Part shown: piece after piece, positions 59,508-64,000 of the stretch
Position numbering within the stretch: the first letter of the stretch is position 1
Layout of the letters: each line of letters begins with the position of its first letter
Source: Lepidodermella squamata
Lineage: Eukaryota; Animalia; Gastrotricha
Assembly (NCBI GenBank): GCA_047495785.1
Contig: JBLDXI010000066.1
Span: 558,001-622,000, forward strand
Direction of reading: 5' to 3'
Length of the DNA stretch: 64,000 nt
The notes under the pieces: model-generated
The model's database searches: none
Seen by the model: only the letters and a program-made list of their open reading frames with translations
Told to the model about the DNA's origin: nothing
Position numbers and translations under genes: made by a program

Positions 59508-60887
59508 ATGCTTCAACAAGAGATCGTCAATAACCTCTTCGAGACTACTGAAATTCAAGATCGGGTCTTTGAGAAAAAGACATGGACGGAAACGCCAGCA
59601 CAGAATTTCACTCAAGATCAAAATTCACAACCCTCGAAATTAATATTTTCCAGCTACAACCTAAAAGACAATTATTTACAAGTCAGAGAGGGGTACTTGG
59701 AGTTTAATTTGCAAATTAAAAGGAAGAATGGAGCCGCGTTCGTGAATACTGACAAGTATGCCATTCGGAATCACGTTTTGAGCCTGTTTGACAATATTGA
59801 AGTTCAAATATCAGATTCAGATCACAAAATCGAGGAGCTGCGGTTCCTCGAACATTGGGCGAACATCAATTTTCTTTTGAAATGGAGTCCTGATTACGCC
59901 AATAGTTTAGGGGAAGAAGTCCTGTTTTCGAAAGACTGCCCGTTGGCTTTGGGAAGCACAACGCTAATTGCTGATGTGACGGCTGACACTTTTGACGCAT
60001 CGAAAGCTGCAGCTAACAAGGGTTTGATAACGCGAAGCAGCTATGTTAAATCTACCGAGGCCACCGTCACTTTATATCTGAAAGATTTGCCCTTTTTCAA
60101 TTCGTATCATGGAATTTTCACGAAGTCTCGATTTAGGATCATTCTCACTCCGAACTATAATCGGCCTTTGGTTTATGTGATTGTCGCGGCTGATACAGGT
60201 ACACCTGAAGGATTAACCTATCATTTCAATCGGGCTAATATGTACATCCCAGAGGTAACACTAATGAACCAACAGAAACTTTCAATAATGAAAAAGTTCA
60301 ACGAGGGATTCACCAAAATTCATAAATGGATATCAATCGATCCGTATCAGTCCAGCCAGTTTGCTGCAAATACCATGAATATTCAGTACACAATCAGCAC
60401 TGAAATAAGGAAACCAAATTGGGTGTATATTGTTCTTTGCCCCGATTACTCAGACGAGGAATATCCGAAGAAACTCACGCAGATATATAACACGTGGAAC
60501 ATTACTTCCTATTCCCTTTTGATTAATAACAAAGAAGCCTTTAATGAATCCAATGTTTCTTTTGCTAAGCTTAAAGCTCACCGGCTATACAATTACATAA
60601 AACAGAATATGCATCAGAACAGCGATAGAGAAAGTCTGAATACGGGATGTCAGATTTCGTACATGGAATTCTGCAACTTGTACAGAATTCTTTGCTTTTG
60701 CTTGGACGACGTAGATGCTACTTCCATTTACAATTCTCGAGCAGATAACACTGTATCTGTAGTATTCAAAGCGACGGTCGGCGTGGTGAATAAGCCTCTT
60801 GTGATTTATTCGTTCATTGAGAGGGAAAAAGAGATATGCTTCAACTACAAGCATGACTCTGTTGACATCAGTCTTACTAGCGTATAA
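59508..60887 (+). CDS. MCP: Major capsid protein (double jelly roll)
   Basis: 459 aa, beta-rich; GYLEFNLQI, SLFDNIEVQI, KPNWVYIVL motifs; position in module. Confidence 0.85.
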   Translation: MLQQEIVNNLFETTEIQDRVFEKKTWTETPAQNFTQDQNSQPSKLIFSSYNLKDNYLQVREGYLEFNLQIKRKNGAAFVNTDKYAIRNHVLSLFDNIEVQISDSDHKIEELRFLEHWANINFLLKWSPDYANSLGEEVLFSKDCPLALGSTTLIADVTADTFDASKAAANKGLITRSSYVKSTEATVTLYLKDLPFFNSYHGIFTKSRFRIILTPNYNRPLVYVIVAADTGTPEGLTYHFNRANMYIPEVTLMNQQKLSIMKKFNEGFTKIHKWISIDPYQSSQFAANTMNIQYTISTEIRKPNWVYIVLCPDYSDEEYPKKLTQIYNTWNITSYSLLINNKEAFNESNVSFAKLKAHRLYNYIKQNMHQNSDRESLNTGCQISYMEFCNLYRILCFCLDDVDATSIYNSRADNTVSVVFKATVGVVNKPLVIYSFIEREKEICFNYKHDSVDISLTSV

Positions 60888-60912
60888 TGAGAAATTTCTA
60901 ATCTAGCGGTAA

Positions 60913-61542
60913 ATGAGCCATAAGTATTTCGAATACGAGTTGCCTCTGACAGATGGTCAGCTTGAGAAACTTCAGAGCGCAGTAAAGAACAAAAAATCCA
61001 TAACACTGAAATTCAGCAAACAGGTCATTAGTGAGAAGGACAATTTACGAAAGTTGATGCTCACTAGAACTCAAATAAACAAAATAGAGAAGCACAAATC
61101 TAATGATACCGGTGTTCAATTGAAGCTTAGTTTATCACAACTGAAGAAAAATCAATCGGGCGGGCTACTCCCCCTCCTGCCCTTACTTGCGAAAGCCGCA
61201 ACGATTGCTGCACCACTAGCCCTAAGTGCTGTATCAGGGCTGATAAATGGTGCAACCAACGCGATCGGTAACAAATTAGCGGGGAGAGGCGTAAACGAGA
61301 CCACCGTACAACTATCAGTTCCCAAAAATGATCTGAATGAACTATTCAAAATGGTCGATATGCTAGAAAATAAGAATTTATTGCCATTGGGCAGCAAACT
61401 TTCAATTGATCGCGATATTGAGCAAAAGGGTGGCTCATTCGTAGTCCCACTAGTTGCTAGCCTTCTAGGGACATTTTTACCTACATTGTTCAAGGCGAAT
61501 CAGGGAAGTGGGGTTTATTTACCATGGGAGTCAAAAAACTAG
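60913..61542 (+). CDS. Polinton conserved protein with GG-preceded amphipathic segments (putative membrane-lytic core protein)
   Basis: LTDGQLEKL, LTRTQINKI, QSGGLLPLLPLL, QKGGSFVVPLVASLL. Confidence 0.7.
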   Translation: MSHKYFEYELPLTDGQLEKLQSAVKNKKSITLKFSKQVISEKDNLRKLMLTRTQINKIEKHKSNDTGVQLKLSLSQLKKNQSGGLLPLLPLLAKAATIAAPLALSAVSGLINGATNAIGNKLAGRGVNETTVQLSVPKNDLNELFKMVDMLENKNLLPLGSKLSIDRDIEQKGGSFVVPLVASLLGTFLPTLFKANQGSGVYLPWESKN

Positions 61543-61973
61543 GGCGTTTCTTCCCACTTTCGAATTCGGACATTGACAAAATGATGTACTCGAGAGTTGG
61601 GAAGAAGTACAACGGATGTTACCCCAGGCATCTCTTGCCTATACATTTGAAAAATGGATACTATGTAATCAACTTAGATGATTTTGGAGGGGGAACGCAT
61701 TGGGTAGGAATGCAGGTAACTGATAGGGAAATAATTTATTTCGACAGCTTTGGCTTCATTTGCCCTAATGAAGTCATGGAGAGGCGAAGTAATCGCGACA
61801 TTTGGTATTCCACTCACGAAATTCAGCACATAAAAAGTGTGGCGTGCGGCTTTTACGTAGTTTACTTCTTGTCTGAGCTGGCGAAAAAACGCAATAAGCT
61901 GGAAATACTCCTCGATTTCACGAATGATGGGTCCATTATGAATGATAACAGGCTGAAAGATCTTATGTCTTAG
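61524..61973 (+). CDS. Adenain-like cysteine protease
   Basis: GTHWV, YFDSFG, IQ...CG catalytic H-D-Q-C order. Confidence 0.93.
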   Translation: MGVKKLGRFFPLSNSDIDKMMYSRVGKKYNGCYPRHLLPIHLKNGYYVINLDDFGGGTHWVGMQVTDREIIYFDSFGFICPNEVMERRSNRDIWYSTHEIQHIKSVACGFYVVYFLSELAKKRNKLEILLDFTNDGSIMNDNRLKDLMS

Positions 61974-61978
61974 CAAAT

Positions 61979-62122
61979 ATGTACTGTTTGAAGTGTAAGA
62001 AGCATACTGGAAATTTGAACGAACAAAGAAAATTTACGGAAAACAAGCGAGTAATTTTAGTGAGCGATTGTCAAATTTGCGGCTCTAAGAAGAGCCAATT
62101 TGTGAAAGCACTTAGAGCCTAA
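61979..62122 (+). CDS. Small zinc-ribbon protein (DUF5679-like, 47 aa; absent from ORF track)
   Basis: MYCLKCKKHT...DCQICGSKKSQFV. Confidence 0.75.
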   Translation: MYCLKCKKHTGNLNEQRKFTENKRVILVSDCQICGSKKSQFVKALRA

Positions 62123-62145
62123 AGTAGTAAGTGCTTTCACAAATT

Positions 62146-62622
62146 ATGGATGAAGAATTCGAATATTGCCTCTCTCTTCTAGCCGAAATCGAAAACAAGA
62201 TTGTGAAAAGCCAGTTGAAAACCGAGTGTGAACTCTGCTCATCACTTCTGCAAATTGATCACCATCTTTATATCAATTTTTGTCCTAAATGTGCTATCGT
62301 TTATCCTTTTACAGATTATTATCAAAGGGTTAGGCGCTCCGAACCTTACAGGCGAAAATGGCACCTCATGGCTAAAATCAGAAAATTAGGACTAGTTCTG
62401 AAATGGTATGAGCTCGATAACATCATGACTCACTTCAAGAAAATAGATAAGCTCTATTCCACGGAATTTCCTGGTAAAAACATGGTCAACGTAGAATTTG
62501 TGCTTAAGTACGTTTCACTGAAGCTCGGTTACGAAAACGTCGCTAATAAAATCACTCTGAACCGTTCTAGGGATACGATATTACGTTGGCATGAAAAATT
62601 AAATCTAATCAGTTCTTATTAG
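62146..62622 (+). CDS. VLTF3-like (poxvirus A2-type) late transcription factor
   Basis: CELC...CPKC zinc ribbon then YRRKWHL, FKKI, KNMVNVEFVL, LGY...I...RS pattern resembling VLTF3 YKRxxHF...KNFLxYxYVL. Confidence 0.65.
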   Translation: MDEEFEYCLSLLAEIENKIVKSQLKTECELCSSLLQIDHHLYINFCPKCAIVYPFTDYYQRVRRSEPYRRKWHLMAKIRKLGLVLKWYELDNIMTHFKKIDKLYSTEFPGKNMVNVEFVLKYVSLKLGYENVANKITLNRSRDTILRWHEKLNLISSY

Positions 62623-62627
62623 TTGAA

Positions 62628-63341
62628 ATGAAATCTAGTTCAATTTTTATTCCCAGCGAATGGTCAGGAGGTCTACATGGCTCCGATTTATACCTACGTG
62701 CGGATGGAAAGAAAGGGTTTATGAGTAATTTGAATGCAAATAATTTCAAAATTGAAAACCTTGGCCGCCCCGTTTTCGACAATGATGCAGCATCGAAATT
62801 GTGGGTTGAAGAAAACACATTGAATGAAAAAGAATCCAGGCGGCTGATCGAATCGTATAAGCCGCTGCAGTACGCTGATGACAGAACCATCGACATGAAT
62901 GGCGGTCGAATAACAAACGTGGCATACCCTATAGCTCTTTTTGACGTAGTCAACAAGCAATACGTTGACGGGCAGGTATTTTCAGGCTCCGGCGAGGGTC
63001 ATGCGAGTGACCAAACGCAAATGGTGGTAACAAGGGTTATAACCCACACATTACTGGTTCAAATTAATGACGAATTGTCTTTTCTCGAAAATATTCTGGC
63101 TAATGTGCAATTTTGGTTTAGAGTTTGGGGAAATGTCTCACCTGGTTGCACTTGTGATTTCATGAAAAACGGCAGCGTCCTAATTTCCAAATATTTTTCA
63201 TTCGATTACGAGGCGATCCGTAATATAGCTGAATACTGTACTTTCGTAGAACAGTTTGAGAAAGGTGACACTTTCAATATCGTGATGTCTTCCAGCAAAC
63301 CTATGCCCGTTGAATTTTACTTGAAAATATCTAATTTTTGA
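62628..63341 (+). CDS. Fibre/spike-like protein
   Basis: Two fibre-type repeats LNANNFKIENLGRP...DAASKLWVE and IDMNGGRITNVAYP...DVVNKQYVD, then a beta-rich head. Confidence 0.65.
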   Translation: MKSSSIFIPSEWSGGLHGSDLYLRADGKKGFMSNLNANNFKIENLGRPVFDNDAASKLWVEENTLNEKESRRLIESYKPLQYADDRTIDMNGGRITNVAYPIALFDVVNKQYVDGQVFSGSGEGHASDQTQMVVTRVITHTLLVQINDELSFLENILANVQFWFRVWGNVSPGCTCDFMKNGSVLISKYFSFDYEAIRNIAEYCTFVEQFEKGDTFNIVMSSSKPMPVEFYLKISNF

Positions 63342-63347
63342 TAAACG

Positions 63348-63968
63348 ATGAATAGCAGTGATACACAAGTTCATGTGCGAGCTGAGAGTAGTCAGATCTA
63401 TCCAACCGCACCACGCCTATCATTTCCTAGTTCACCAGTGCAAGAATTCAGGCTCTCTGAACTGCGGCGCCTGAAAGAATTTTTGAACAAAGAGATGGAA
63501 ATGAGGTACAAACTATATAGAAAATATAAAAAATGGGCTAAAATCTGTTCGAAATTAAACATTGGTTTAACTGGCGTATCAATCTTGACAGGAATCGGCG
63601 GAATTGGTGTCCTTACTACTGTTGCCGGAATTCCTATCGCAGTTATCCTAGAAGGAGTTGCACTTGGTGGAGGATTTATTAGCATAATTGTGAACTCCGC
63701 GGCGAGTGCCTTGGAAGAGAAAGCCCAGAAGCATGAACGTATATGCACGCTGGCTTCTTCCAAGCTCAACTCGCTGGGTGACATGCTCGCGAAAGCTTTG
63801 GAGGATGGAAACATCACTGAAACTGAATATAATTTGATTATAAAAGAGCATGATAAGTACGTTGATTTGAAACAAAGTCTCAGGGGAAGCCTGAAATTCC
63901 CAACAGATGATGACATGAAAACGCGTATATTGTCTCAAATCACCCACTCGAAATTCAAAAAAAGTTGA
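63348..63968 (+). CDS. Polinton conserved hydrophobic-hairpin membrane protein with N-terminal PTAP motif
   Basis: YPTAP, FRLSEL, two Gly-rich hydrophobic helices, ALEDGNITETEY. Confidence 0.75.
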   Translation: MNSSDTQVHVRAESSQIYPTAPRLSFPSSPVQEFRLSELRRLKEFLNKEMEMRYKLYRKYKKWAKICSKLNIGLTGVSILTGIGGIGVLTTVAGIPIAVILEGVALGGGFISIIVNSAASALEEKAQKHERICTLASSKLNSLGDMLAKALEDGNITETEYNLIIKEHDKYVDLKQSLRGSLKFPTDDDMKTRILSQITHSKFKKS

Positions 63969-64000
63969 TTGATTGATGGCTTGCCATTTCGGGGCCATCG

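Larger units (their letters stand above)
47976..64000. mobile_element. Polinton/Maverick (adintovirus-like endogenous dsDNA virus); left end present, right end outside window
   Basis: Begins with AG at the host-gene breakpoint; intronless, densely packed pPolB, RVE integrase, packaging ATPase, capsid and protease ORFs with no visible stops or frameshifts. Confidence 0.95.

Noticed and set aside
1190-63998. Numerous short ORFs antisense to or overlapping the called genes
   Set aside because: Shadow frames of real coding sequence with no independent motifs
47976-64000. Bacterial/phage contamination or chimeric join
   Set aside because: Gene set is Polinton-type and the junction falls at an AG terminus inside a host exon; final proof needs the right end

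Overview
Compact invertebrate-type animal genomic DNA (GT-AG introns mostly 45-60 bp) made almost entirely of tandem gene families, followed by an endogenous Polinton/Maverick (adintovirus-like) element. Host part (1-47975): five intronless 8-TM paralogs with an internal 4+4 repeat (tandem MARVEL-like); one TIR + two NB-ARC + ankyrin STAND gene; five gustatory-receptor-like (7TM_7) genes; two copies of a small secreted protein; a RING/glycine-zipper/J-domain gene; a 3-kb non-autonomous CACTC-ended DNA transposon; and five secreted PAN + 3x CTHRC1-C-like genes with hypervariable loops. The Polinton starts at about 47976, cuts the fifth PAN/CTHRC1 gene inside its first exon and runs past the window end. 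It encodes pPolB, a PLA2-integrase-chromodomain fusion, packaging ATPase, minor and major capsid proteins, an adenain-like protease, a VLTF3-like factor, a fibre-like protein and a PTAP-bearing membrane protein. Best candidate new system: eight element genes share a WTCTAR motif 12-22 nt before the ATG, matching the CroV/mavirus late promoter, in an element that also encodes a VLTF3-like late transcription factor and carries three tRNA-like Pol III units near its terminus. All domain calls are by-eye motif recognition; no database search was run and the host species is not identifiable from this window.
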